IMG/VR virus record: IMGVR_UViG_3300031371_000001
Coordinates: 36,652 to 100,651 of that record
DNA: 64,000 bases
Origin: a virus
Reading direction: 5' to 3' (one strand)
Each line of letters starts with the position of its first letter. The stretch's first letter is position 1. The translations under genes and the position numbers were made by a program. Shown piece after piece: positions 46,955 to 55,830 of the stretch. The notes under the pieces were generated by a model. That model was not told the DNA's origin, made no database searches, and was given only the letters and a program-made list of their open reading frames with translations.

Positions 46955-47733
46955 TATTCGATCTCCGGAGTCACGAGCGAAACGTTGATCCGCCCGGGAT
47001 CGTCTTCGTCTCGATCAATCTTGACTCGCACGCCTTCGAGCGCCTTGGACAAGTGCGAGTCTTCGTCTGCGATCTCCCGAAGCCCCGTTTCCAAGCGGCT
47101 TCGGATCGAGGCGATCGCCCCTGGCGTCAATGGCTTCCCCTTGAACTCCGAAAGCAAGCTTCCGAACTTGCGATCGACAACCTCCTTGACGGTCGGACGT
47201 GTCAGGATCGAGCGCCTGATTTCTTCGTCCTTGTCCATCTTGGACGCGAAGACTTCGAGGCGTTCCTTGTCTCGATAGAGAACGATACACGATCCCTTGT
47301 GCTTGCACTTCGCACAACCGGCGTCCGTCGCGTCATAGTCGATCCCGTGACACTCCGGGATGACCCCGACAGGATCCGCCGGGGGATCGAGCGTTGCTCC
47401 GGACAAGCCGGATAGCTTCGAGCATTCGGGCTTGTGGGAACACGCCTTGCAGTAATTGTCGGAAGCCTCGAAGTCGATCGCGAAGCAACGCGGCTTGCCG
47501 TGACGGTTGATCTTCACGGGGACACCTTCGGCCGCCGCTGTCGCCTTCGCCGGATCCTTGCGGAACTTCGCGCGGAGGTCTTCGAGCGATCCGACTTTGG
47601 GCTTCGGCTTGTCGTCTTCCTTCTTCATGAGTCTAGCCATTCCCTTGCTTGCCTTGCGTTCCTCGATTTCTTCCATGATCGACGCAAGCTTCACGAACGG
47701 GGCAACGGGATGATATGAATTCAACTCGAACAC
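46954..47733 (-). CDS. Modular protein: GSL-motif, two four-Cys modules, sheath-C-terminus-like domain
   Basis: VGSLEDLRAKFRKDP; two Cys modules; FKGKPLTP...DRDEDDPGRINV. Confidence 0.7.
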   Translation of the reverse strand: MFELNSYHPVAPFVKLASIMEEIEERKASKGMARLMKKEDDKPKPKVGSLEDLRAKFRKDPAKATAAAEGVPVKINRHGKPRCFAIDFEASDNYCKACSHKPECSKLSGLSGATLDPPADPVGVIPECHGIDYDATDAGCAKCKHKGSCIVLYRDKERLEVFASKMDKDEEIRRSILTRPTVKEVVDRKFGSLLSEFKGKPLTPGAIASIRSRLETGLREIADEDSHLSKALEGVRVKIDRDEDDPGRINVSLVTPEIE

Positions 47734-48041
47734 GCCGCGTGTCCAGCGTCGTCCCCGTCTTCGTCGTCTTTGTCGTCAAGGACTTCTGCAATTTCTTGCA
47801 GTTGCTCCGACATTATAAACAAACAAACGATCGTGAAGATCCAAAATCCTGCAACAAGAAATACCAGCCCCGCGATCATCGGTGAAATCGAAGCGGCGTG
47901 TTCGTTGAAATCGACCCATTGAACCCACGCGACAGCGAAGGAACCGATCGCGCCGCTAATACAAAACATGATCGCTATCGCAACGATCACGCCAACGACG
48001 GCGATTGCGATCCCCGATGAACTCGAATTCCTTTTCGTCAC
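47721..48041 (-). CDS. Membrane protein
   Basis: Two long hydrophobic segments. Confidence 0.65.
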   Translation of the reverse strand: MTKRNSSSSGIAIAVVGVIVAIAIMFCISGAIGSFAVAWVQWVDFNEHAASISPMIAGLVFLVAGFWIFTIVCLFIMSEQLQEIAEVLDDKDDEDGDDAGHAACSS

Positions 48042-48394
48042 GATCCTCCTCCTTCTTCTTCGTCACCGTCCCCGTCGTCGTCTTTCAGCTTGTCGCGGAC
48101 CCACTGTCGGAAGGCGTCCGCCTCGAATGACTCGATAAGCAGGAACGCCAGCGCCAACGAAGCGAGCAACGAAAGCCCAACAAGCCGCGGGGAATCCATG
48201 CCAGATTTATCGAAGTCAATTCCGAAGATCCACGTCCAGAGGTTCATCAAACCAATTCCAATCCAGACAACCGCATCGAAGAAGGCTTGAACGAACAACA
48301 ACAAGATCGCGATCGCCTTCACGACGTTGAAGACGATCATTGCCTTGCAACCGAAAGCTTCGGAGTCTTTCCCCGTCTTGTCGTCAGTCGTCAC
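48038..48394 (-). CDS. Membrane protein
   Basis: Two hydrophobic segments; GGAGG SD before GTG. Confidence 0.6.
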   Translation of the reverse strand: MTTDDKTGKDSEAFGCKAMIVFNVVKAIAILLLFVQAFFDAVVWIGIGLMNLWTWIFGIDFDKSGMDSPRLVGLSLLASLALAFLLIESFEADAFRQWVRDKLKDDDGDGDEEEGGGS

Positions 48395-48644
48395 GAGTCG
48401 CCTCCGTGATCTTCGCCAAAAGGTTCGATCGGAATGTCGCGACCCGTCCAAGCTTCTTCATGAAGCCGTCGAAGATCCGACGTTCCCGCTTCCTCGCTTC
48501 GCGTCTCGGAAGATCGAGCTTGCGGAGGTTTTCGAGTGCCCGGGAGTAATCGCGGTCGTGTTTCTGCGCGGCGTGGAGGAGGAACCCTCGCAGCTTTCGC
48601 GCTTCGTTCACCGTCAACGAAATCCTACCGTCAACGACTTTCAT
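48384..48644 (-). CDS. Hypothetical basic protein
   Basis: MKVVDGR; TGATG overlap. Confidence 0.55.
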   Translation of the reverse strand: MKVVDGRISLTVNEARKLRGFLLHAAQKHDRDYSRALENLRKLDLPRREARKRERRIFDGFMKKLGRVATFRSNLLAKITEATRDD

Positions 48645-48877
48645 CAATCCCCCTCCTTGCGCCAACGCTCGAACGCCTTGTCCAAGTCCCTCCACATATT
48701 CGAGAACGCGATCCCGGCGAAGGCGCCGAAGACGTAGGGCGAGACGTCGCCCCACGCCAACGAACCGTAAAAGACTTTCAGGGCGACGACGATCACGACG
48801 GCGAAGTAGAACGCGACTCCGACGATCGAGGTGATCGTTCTGATCTTGCCCATCACCTTCGGAACCGGAGGACTCAT
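48644..48877 (-). CDS. Small two-TM membrane protein
   Basis: Hydrophobic; ATGA overlap. Confidence 0.65.
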   Translation of the reverse strand: MSPPVPKVMGKIRTITSIVGVAFYFAVVIVVALKVFYGSLAWGDVSPYVFGAFAGIAFSNMWRDLDKAFERWRKEGD

Positions 48878-49269
48878 GACTCGCCTCCATGATTCTTCTT
48901 CGCGGCGTCTTCCGGGAATATGCGGCGGTAAAGTTCGATTGAGTGGATCCTTTGCCCCTCCACAACGTCGAAAACGTGTTGCGCCGGGAGATCGGGATCC
49001 ATTTCCAGATCCAAGATATATCTACCCTTGTGTTCCTCCGGGATCCGGAATCCATACAGTGTTTCGATCGCCTTGCCTTGAAGGTGAATTCGCGACTCGA
49101 TAAAACCAAGTCGCGCATCCTCTTTCAGCGTCTTGAATGAATCCTCGAAGGTCGGACGGCGCCGCACCTTCGACACGATCGCAATCCCGACAGTGATCCC
49201 GACTGCGAAGAAGAAAACCGCCGCGAAGATCACGAACGGAGCGGAGATCCAAAGGTCTTGAAGCGTCAC
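48874..49269 (-). CDS. N-terminally anchored membrane protein
   Basis: VTLQDLWISAPFVIFAAVFFF...; GTGA overlap. Confidence 0.6.
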   Translation of the reverse strand: MTLQDLWISAPFVIFAAVFFFAVGITVGIAIVSKVRRRPTFEDSFKTLKEDARLGFIESRIHLQGKAIETLYGFRIPEEHKGRYILDLEMDPDLPAQHVFDVVEGQRIHSIELYRRIFPEDAAKKNHGGES

Positions 49270-49661
49270 GACTCGCCTCCCTGATCCTTCAGGATCCCGA
49301 TCGCCGCCTCCGCAGTCTTCAAGCCTCCCTGTATCGCACGTCGGAGGGTCAGCCTCTTCCCGGAATCCGGGACGTGTTCCTCGACAATGTAGACGGCAAC
49401 ACGCTTCCATCGCATCGCCCGTGTCGGATCGTTCGGGTCCGCGTCCGCGTCCGCCTCCCATTTGAAGGGAGGATCGTTCGGATCGCACTTCGTCCAGGTG
49501 TCGGACAGTCCAGCGGCGGCTTCGAGGATCTTGATCCGATCTTCGAGATACTTGTTTCGAGCAAGCCCCGCCTTCCAGCCGCCATGACCAGAAAGGATCA
49601 TGATGACCGTCACGAGAACCAGAAGGGCAGCGAGGTCCGCAACGAAAAGCCAAGTGTCCAT
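49266..49661 (-). CDS. N-terminally anchored membrane protein
   Basis: MDTWLFVADLAALLVLV... Confidence 0.6.
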   Translation of the reverse strand: MDTWLFVADLAALLVLVTVIMILSGHGGWKAGLARNKYLEDRIKILEAAAGLSDTWTKCDPNDPPFKWEADADADPNDPTRAMRWKRVAVYIVEEHVPDSGKRLTLRRAIQGGLKTAEAAIGILKDQGGES

Positions 49662-49788
49662 GTCTCCCAAACCTTTCCCGGGCGTTCGCCCGCTACTGTG
49701 ATCCTATGGAAACCGTGCGCGCGGCGTTCGCACTGAATCGCGGAACCTATCGAGCAACGGCGCGCGGCGCGGCGGGTAAACTCGCCTA

Positions 49789-50303
49789 CCTATTATATAT
49801 AATAGGATTTTCCCCTAGCCCCCATTACAAGGCATTTAAAAGGGAAATTTATCCCTGCCGGCGCCGCGAGGACCTGATCGATCGTCCCTCAATCGCCCCG
49901 AACGTCCCCAATCCTCCCCGCCGTCGCATCGATCGAACGCCGGGGAATCGCGTCGTTCGCTTGCGCCCCCGTGTCGATCGAGGCGTTCGCACCCTCTATT
50001 ATATATTATACCGGAACCCTTATTATATATAATAGCCTCCCTCCAAACACCCGATCGCCTCGCATCCTCCCGGGAGCATCCCCCGAACCCTCCCTCCCGA
50101 TCGCCCCTCGCCGCAATCACCGGAGCATCCCCCGATCCCCCGAACCCCAAAGCCTATTATATATTATACCGGGGATTCCCTTCTTTCGAACTAGATCGCC
50201 CGCGCGCGCGAAGCCAGAAAAGGCGCCCCCCCTCTACGCCCCTATATTGTACCAAATATTTATAATAGGGGCTAGATGAGGGGGGGCGTATAATATATAA
50301 TAG
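49789..50303. repeat. Cluster of AT-rich (quasi-)palindromes CTATTATATA(T/A)(A/T)ATA
   Basis: Perfect 18-bp CCTATTATATATAATAGG at 49789-49806; related copies at 49996, 50020, 50153, about 50241-50268 and 50288 (inverted). Confidence 0.9.
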
Positions 50304-50602
50304 CGGACGGGCGCCTCCCTTCCTCAAACCTTTTCCCTCGACACGGCACTTCAGGGGAATCGCATCAAACGCTAATGGTGTCAGCCTGTATTCAGGGGGA
50401 AAAGAAGAAGGCTTGTTGCAAACTTTTCCCCCATATACAGACACCATAGCGCAAAGCCGGAAGGGGCTTGTCCGCCTGAAAGGATAAGAAGCCGTCACGC
50501 CGTCGAGGCGTCGAGGGCAGGGGATGAAGGAAATGGACCTTGCTTGGCGGGGTAGGCTCCCGGACACAACAAACAACGGCCGGCGCTCGATAAGCGGCGT
50601 CG

Positions 50603-50808
50603 GGTCGAGAGGCGAGAGGCGCGGCGCCGTGGCGGCGAACGATAACCGAAGCCCGTTTCCCGGCGGTCGATTGTCGAGAGGCGGTGCGTCTTGGCGGCGA
50701 ACGATACCGAACGTCGATTGTCGAGAGGTCGATTGTCGAGAGGCGGTGCGTCTTGGCGGCGAACGATACCGAACGTCGATTGTCGAGAGGCGGTGCGTCT
50801 TGGCGGCG
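50603..50808. repeat. 47-bp tandem repeat
   Basis: GTCGATTGTCGAGAGGCGGTGCGTCTTGGCGGCGAACGATACCGAAC at 50666 and 50728; partial copies at 50713 and 50775; degenerate copy near 50603. Confidence 0.95.
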
Positions 50809-51282
50809 GGTCAGACATTTAGATCCAGCCTCCCCGCCGCCCGCCGAATGATCCGGAGTGGGGGGGCCGCGCTTGGTAGCTACTAGGTTCCCGGTGCAAG
50901 ATCCGAAGCCTAACAAGCCCCGTTCGTGATCCCCGTTTGTATACAGGCTCCCGGTTGTGACGCCGGGATAGACGCCGGATAAGTATACAGGGCAGGTGGA
51001 GGATAGGTGCGGAGGTAAGATGTTAGCGGCCACTGCGGCAGGGCGGCGGGAGGGCGGGGAGGCGCGTGGGACGCCCCCGCCGTCCCGCCGCAGCGCCTCT
51101 AAGCCGAGCCAGCCTCCCAAGCCTATGTGAATTGGTTCGACCATTCGACATTTCGATACACTTGTCCAAAGGTCCAACCATTCACCCAATCCCCGCACCC
51201 ATCCCCAACCCACCGAATACAATACAGTTTCCACGATTCACCTATCGATCGCCACTTCTACCGTTCCACTCGCACCCCTCGC

Positions 51283-51321
51283 ACACTGGAACAAATTGGA
51301 ACACATTGTTCCAGTGTTCCA
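51283..51321. promoter_or_regulatory. Nested inverted repeat (operator-like)
   Basis: ACACTGGAACAA-11nt-TTGTTCCAGTGT; TGGAACA x2 and TGTTCCA x2. Confidence 0.55.
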
Positions 51322-51544
51322 CACGTCGCAGCGTTCCGCCCCTTTGGGGTTTCCCGGCGATCTGTCCTATCGCTTCCCCGGCATTGCTCGTGTAGCGCCG
51401 TGATTCGCCAGTCAGGGCTTCCTTTGGGCTTGGGGCTATGCTCGTATGGATCGTGGTCCTTCTCGGCTTGACGGGCCAATCAGGGGCTTTCGTGGGATCG
51501 TGGGAATGTTGGATTCCATAGGAGGAGGATACAGGAGGTTTGGG

Positions 51545-52735
51545 ATGACCGAAGCAAAGGTGAAAGAGAGACTCGACCGTGAAGGCCGCGCCGTGAAGGA
51601 GGAACCGATGAACGATCGAGGCATGGATATCCGGCAATGGCTGGAAGTGGAAAAGGACAAGGCGACGGAGGCGATCGGGTTTTCGCTTGGGGATCAAAGG
51701 GCGATCGCCGTTGGGAAGAAGAAGCTTGCGATCGACGCTATCGCCTTCCTCGATAGGGAGGGTTGCGGTTGTACGATCGACGCCCTGGAGGCGGGACGCA
51801 ACGCCGCGATCCTGTTGCGGTTGCTTTCATGGACTCGACGGCGTGACGGGACGCCCTGCCGTGGAGGAATGGACGACACGTTCCGCGCTGGCGTGACGGC
51901 GTGCAAGGACTTCCTCCAGGACATGATCGGCGCCGGGGACGCGGAGGCGCACGACACGCAGGTTGCGCGGCGGCGCATGAAGGGGGAGAAGATCGCGTTG
52001 TCGAGATTGGAGGAAGTGACGGACGCTATCCGGGACGGATCGGGCGAATGGGGCGCCGTGCGGGAGATTCTAGACGCAACGCCGCCCGCCGCCAAGACGA
52101 AGGAGGCGCGCATCTTCTGTCCGTATTGGCCCGGAGCTATCGAGCGGACAAGGTGCAAGGCGAAGTGTCCGCCGGGTTATGAGTTCCCTCCTCCCGGTTC
52201 GGATCTTCCTTGCACCGTCCCCGCGACGGTCGCCGGGGGCGACAAGTTCATCCAGTACAACCCCGATACTGGATTCGTAGAGGAATGCTCGCCCGACGGG
52301 GAAGGGGAGGCGATGGCGCCGCCCCTCGACTTCTCGAAGCGCGGGGACGGCTTCACGGGTGAGCCGTGTTCCCACCTGTCCGCCGTTCCGGGAAGCGATC
52401 GCGCCTGCAAGATGCTCGAAGGCGAACACGACTGCCCCCCGGGAGCCGACGATCGTTGCATGGTTCACGGGGATGATTGGCCCGCTGAAGGTTGGATCGA
52501 GGAAGCCGAATCGATCGAGGAGGCGGCAGTTCGCATTGCTGGCAATGACGAACAATATTCCAACGCAACCCACGGGATCCCCGTGGCGATCGTCCGGGCG
52601 ATCGAGATCCGATGTGTCGAGAAGATCGTTGACTTGCTTCCGACCGTTGGAGCGGAGGCGTTGCGACGATACGGCGCCTCGCACAAGGACGGGTTCGCCG
52701 TGACGTGCGGCCGACACGAGGAGGAGGGATCATGA
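51545..52735 (+). CDS. Modular Cys-rich hypothetical protein
   Basis: AGGAGG SD; internal SD+ATG sites at about 51608 and 52313. Confidence 0.65.
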   Translation: MTEAKVKERLDREGRAVKEEPMNDRGMDIRQWLEVEKDKATEAIGFSLGDQRAIAVGKKKLAIDAIAFLDREGCGCTIDALEAGRNAAILLRLLSWTRRRDGTPCRGGMDDTFRAGVTACKDFLQDMIGAGDAEAHDTQVARRRMKGEKIALSRLEEVTDAIRDGSGEWGAVREILDATPPAAKTKEARIFCPYWPGAIERTRCKAKCPPGYEFPPPGSDLPCTVPATVAGGDKFIQYNPDTGFVEECSPDGEGEAMAPPLDFSKRGDGFTGEPCSHLSAVPGSDRACKMLEGEHDCPPGADDRCMVHGDDWPAEGWIEEAESIEEAAVRIAGNDEQYSNATHGIPVAIVRAIEIRCVEKIVDLLPTVGAEALRRYGASHKDGFAVTCGRHEEEGS

Positions 52736-53316
52736 CGCTTGGAGAATTGATCGACGTTCTTTCTTCGTATGCTCCCGGAACCGTCGTCTTGCATGGATTC
52801 AGCGATCCTCACAGTTACCGGGGATATTATGATCGTCTCGCCTTCGAACCGTGCGGCGAAACGACGGTTGGCGCAATGCTCGAATGCGCGAAGGAGGCGG
52901 ACGGTTCGACCTATACCGGATACAAAGGCGGCGATTTCCGAATGGACAAGGAAACCGAATGTTACCTTGCCGAACACGGAAACACGGGCGAAGAACTTTC
53001 CGAAACAATGGTCCGACTCATGATCAACGAAGCCGTCGTTGTGTCGAAAAAGGGTGAAGTCGCCAACCTGAAGAAGAAGCTTGCGAAGACGGAGGCGGCG
53101 CTCGAAGCCGCCAACCGCGCGATTGAATGCGCCGGGATCGATTCGTCGTTGTGTTCCCCGGCTGATATCGTTCGACGCGCAAAGGAAGTCGCGTTGAAGG
53201 AGGCGATCGTCAAAGTCGCTTGCACATATCGACTCGAAGGCGGATCGGACAATGAACTTCTCGAAGCCGTCGATAAATTGCTTGACCTTAGAGCGGGGGA
53301 GGATTGGAAACCGTGA
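52732..53316 (+). CDS. Hypothetical phage protein
   Basis: MTLGELI...PHSYRGYYDRLAFEP...YTGYKGGDFRM; ATGA overlap. Confidence 0.75.
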   Translation: MTLGELIDVLSSYAPGTVVLHGFSDPHSYRGYYDRLAFEPCGETTVGAMLECAKEADGSTYTGYKGGDFRMDKETECYLAEHGNTGEELSETMVRLMINEAVVVSKKGEVANLKKKLAKTEAALEAANRAIECAGIDSSLCSPADIVRRAKEVALKEAIVKVACTYRLEGGSDNELLEAVDKLLDLRAGEDWKP

Positions 53317-53546
53317 AGTGTAATCGATGCGGCCTTCCGGTGATCCCTTGGATGCCACGCGAAGATAACGAGATCGAACGTGTCGCCGCCTCGCTTGGGA
53401 CGATCTGCCGATTGTGTTTCGAGAAGTCGCTTGACGAATTCGCTTGCATCAAAGCATATGCGAGCGACCTTCGCCGCACGGGACGCACGGACGAAGAAGT
53501 TGATCGCCTTGTCCGACTGAAGTTCGATATCCCTGGAGGTCCATGA
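53313..53546 (+). CDS. Small Zn-finger protein
   Basis: CNRC...CRLC; GTGA overlap. Confidence 0.55.
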   Translation: MKCNRCGLPVIPWMPREDNEIERVAASLGTICRLCFEKSLDEFACIKAYASDLRRTGRTDEEVDRLVRLKFDIPGGP

Positions 53547-53638
53547 TGCCCGGGGCGAACAACGGAACCGGACAGCCGTTGACGCTTCGTTGATCCCCCT
53601 CGATAACGCCGCCCGCCGCCTTGCCATATAGATCGGGC

Positions 53639-54304
53639 ATGGACAAAAGAAAGATTCACGGATTGACGATCAACGCTGGCCGCGCGCTTGCCGGCCCGAA
53701 CCTTGATTTCTTCTTCGATCCCGACGTTGACTTATTCGCAACACGCCGCCCCGTCCTTGCTTGTGAACATTGGATGATCTTCGGCGTCGATTGCTTCGGT
53801 CCCGGGGCGCCCTGTCAATGCGTCCTAGACGTTGTGACGAAGAAGGCGCGCGCCGCCGGGTTGCAAGGACACTGGAGGTTTCAAGCGGGAGTCGCGCAAA
53901 TCGAACGTTCCCTAGATACCGTGACGGACTCGCCGCCGTTCGAAGGCGTGATTCCGCGATCCGGTCGATACGTCGAAGTCAGCTTGTCACAAGTCGAGTT
54001 CGACTTCGAAGCCTTCAAGCCGAACGCGACGGTTCGACCCGTGAAGGGCGGACGGATCTATTTGTGGAATAGCGGAAGCGGGATCCTCGAAGCCGTCGAT
54101 CACGTCAAGGCGGAAACGCCGGTTAGCGATCTTCCTTTCGTTCACTTGACGCTTTCGTATTTCTTGGGGCTTTACAAGATCGGCGCGCGCCTTGCGATCC
54201 CATCATGGCCGATAGAAGAAGATCCTCCTCCGGTATTGGGAAACCTTGTCTTGCATCCGGTACGGGAGGAAGCGATCGGCGTGTTAATGCCCGTTCGGAA
54301 GTGA
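53639..54304 (+). CDS. Hypothetical protein
   Basis: About 221 aa; C-terminal GVLMPVR resembles the C-terminus of clamp-like folds (weak). Confidence 0.6.
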   Translation: MDKRKIHGLTINAGRALAGPNLDFFFDPDVDLFATRRPVLACEHWMIFGVDCFGPGAPCQCVLDVVTKKARAAGLQGHWRFQAGVAQIERSLDTVTDSPPFEGVIPRSGRYVEVSLSQVEFDFEAFKPNATVRPVKGGRIYLWNSGSGILEAVDHVKAETPVSDLPFVHLTLSYFLGLYKIGARLAIPSWPIEEDPPPVLGNLVLHPVREEAIGVLMPVRK

Positions 54305-54310
54305 TCCAGC

Positions 54311-54658
54311 ATGACGCGCCTTTGGATGCTTCCCCCGGGGCTTCTATGCCGTCAGCACTTGCTAGGCGAGCATAACGAAATTCACAAAGTCGTTGGATCG
54401 ATCCGACGCGGCCGATCGCTTGGCGATCATCTTGTCTTCGGACAGATCGCGATCCCACTTCTTCGAGAGCGACACGATCGGCTTGCCGAAGAAATGCTTT
54501 CGCGCGGCTATCGACACGCAAGCCCGTTGTTGGAGTTCGATCCGCCTTTCGGTTATCAAGGCTTCGTTGATCCGAAAGACAATTACTTCGAGCTATGGCG
54601 GCGCTGCCCGGAATGTCGAAAGCGAATGCAACGATCGCCGCTCCCGGCGTTTTGCTGA
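54311..54658 (+). CDS. denV: Pyrimidine-dimer DNA glycosylase (T4 endonuclease V family)
   Basis: MTR N-terminus, LCRQHLLGEHNE, RHDRLAEEMLSRGY. Confidence 0.8.
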   Translation: MTRLWMLPPGLLCRQHLLGEHNEIHKVVGSIRRGRSLGDHLVFGQIAIPLLRERHDRLAEEMLSRGYRHASPLLEFDPPFGYQGFVDPKDNYFELWRRCPECRKRMQRSPLPAFC

Positions 54659-54700
54659 ATCGATCGCTTCCCGTTGCCATAGTGATCTAGCAGGAGGCGA
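54655..54700 (+). promoter_or_regulatory. Class II promoter-like element, copy 2
   Basis: CTGAAT-17bp-CATAGT-GATCTAGCAGGAGGC. Confidence 0.55.
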
Positions 54701-54702
54701 TC

Positions 54703-54912
54703 GTGCTACACCTAACCACTGAATTGAAGGTTCGCATTCGTCAACTCGAAGAAGGGACGGAAGCGGAGTTCAAGATCCGTGAAGACAACAAGCGGACCCG
54801 ACATCGAATCAAGAACCTGTTGAATCGACTTGGTGCCGACACATTGATCGCCAGCATGGACAACCGACAGTTGATCGAACACGTCCGGAAAGTCTTGGAG
54901 GATCGGGAATGA
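54703..54912 (+). CDS. Hypothetical protein
   Basis: AGGAGG SD; ATGA overlap with the next gene. Confidence 0.6.
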   Translation: MLHLTTELKVRIRQLEEGTEAEFKIREDNKRTRHRIKNLLNRLGADTLIASMDNRQLIEHVRKVLEDRE

Positions 54913-55232
54913 AAGCGTCCGAAGAAGCGGCATTGTATAAAGCGATCCGGGCGGCTCGTGTTGTTCAGACGTTCTTATGGGGAGAATCAAACGGGAAATG
55001 GGGTTTCGAGGAATGGAAGCGAATGTTTCGCAAACGAATTGCGAAACTGGACACGATCAAAGCGGATAATCCCCATGCCGTAGTTGAAGTGAAGAAAAGA
55101 CTTCTTCAAACGGCGGCGCTTTCGATCGCCTTGATTGCGATCCTGGACGAAACCAAAAAGCTACCGGAGAAGGACGTGGACGCCCCTCCAAGCAATCTAC
55201 CGGATTTCGATGAAATCGTGAAGGAGGGTTGA
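54909..55232 (+). CDS. MazG-like all-alpha protein, acidic catalytic residues absent
   Basis: Q...WG...EEW...KKRLLQTAALSIALI resembles the ELIQVAAVAVA C-terminal helix. Confidence 0.5.
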   Translation: MKASEEAALYKAIRAARVVQTFLWGESNGKWGFEEWKRMFRKRIAKLDTIKADNPHAVVEVKKRLLQTAALSIALIAILDETKKLPEKDVDAPPSNLPDFDEIVKEG

Positions 55233-55233
55233 T

Positions 55234-55830
55234 ATGACGAATAAAAAACATCCTGGCAAACCTCCTTGTTTCGACGTGGACTATCGAGGCGACGATTCGG
55301 AATGCGCGAAGTGTGAAGACGCGGCCGAATGTCAAGTGTTGTGTGAAGGGAGGGGAGGTATGAAAGACTACAAGGACGCCCTGAAGAAGTCACAAGAGGC
55401 GTTGACGTTTGCGGAGAAGGCGGTCTTGAAGCTGATCCGGAACCGAAATTATCTTCACGCGCGGATCGCTTCGCTCGAAGCGGCGCTTCGAGGGATGCTT
55501 GAAGAAGCCGGCGTTGCCGCCGGATACGTCACGGACGGAGGGATTCCGGAGGAGGCGTGGGACAAACTGTCGGATGCGACGACTGCCGCCCGCGCCGCCC
55601 TAGACGCCCCGCCGCCCGCCGAAGGGGACGACGTGATCGATCCAGCCGTTCAAACGCTTTGGGATCAGATCCGGGAGTTCAGGAAGATCAACGCCTTGAC
55701 AACCGAAATGGACAAAGAGCTTGGAGTCTATGACGAAGGATCGCGCGGCACTTCGGATCTGACTCTCGAAGCCGTCCAAACCTACATGATCGAGCGTTGG
55801 CCGGCGCTCGAACCGGAAGCGAAGCCGTGA
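55234..55830 (+). CDS. Modular protein with N-terminal four-Cys module
   Basis: PPCFDVDYRGDDSECAKCEDAAEC; internal strong SD+ATG near 55360. Confidence 0.65.
   Translation: MTNKKHPGKPPCFDVDYRGDDSECAKCEDAAECQVLCEGRGGMKDYKDALKKSQEALTFAEKAVLKLIRNRNYLHARIASLEAALRGMLEEAGVAAGYVTDGGIPEEAWDKLSDATTAARAALDAPPPAEGDDVIDPAVQTLWDQIREFRKINALTTEMDKELGVYDEGSRGTSDLTLEAVQTYMIERWPALEPEAKP

Noticed and set aside
50666-50808. Possible CRISPR array
   Set aside because: The units are contiguous and identical with no unique spacers; no cas genes.
49706-51479. ORFs called in the non-coding region
   Set aside because: Low-complexity translations of repeats, without SD sites or typical codon usage.
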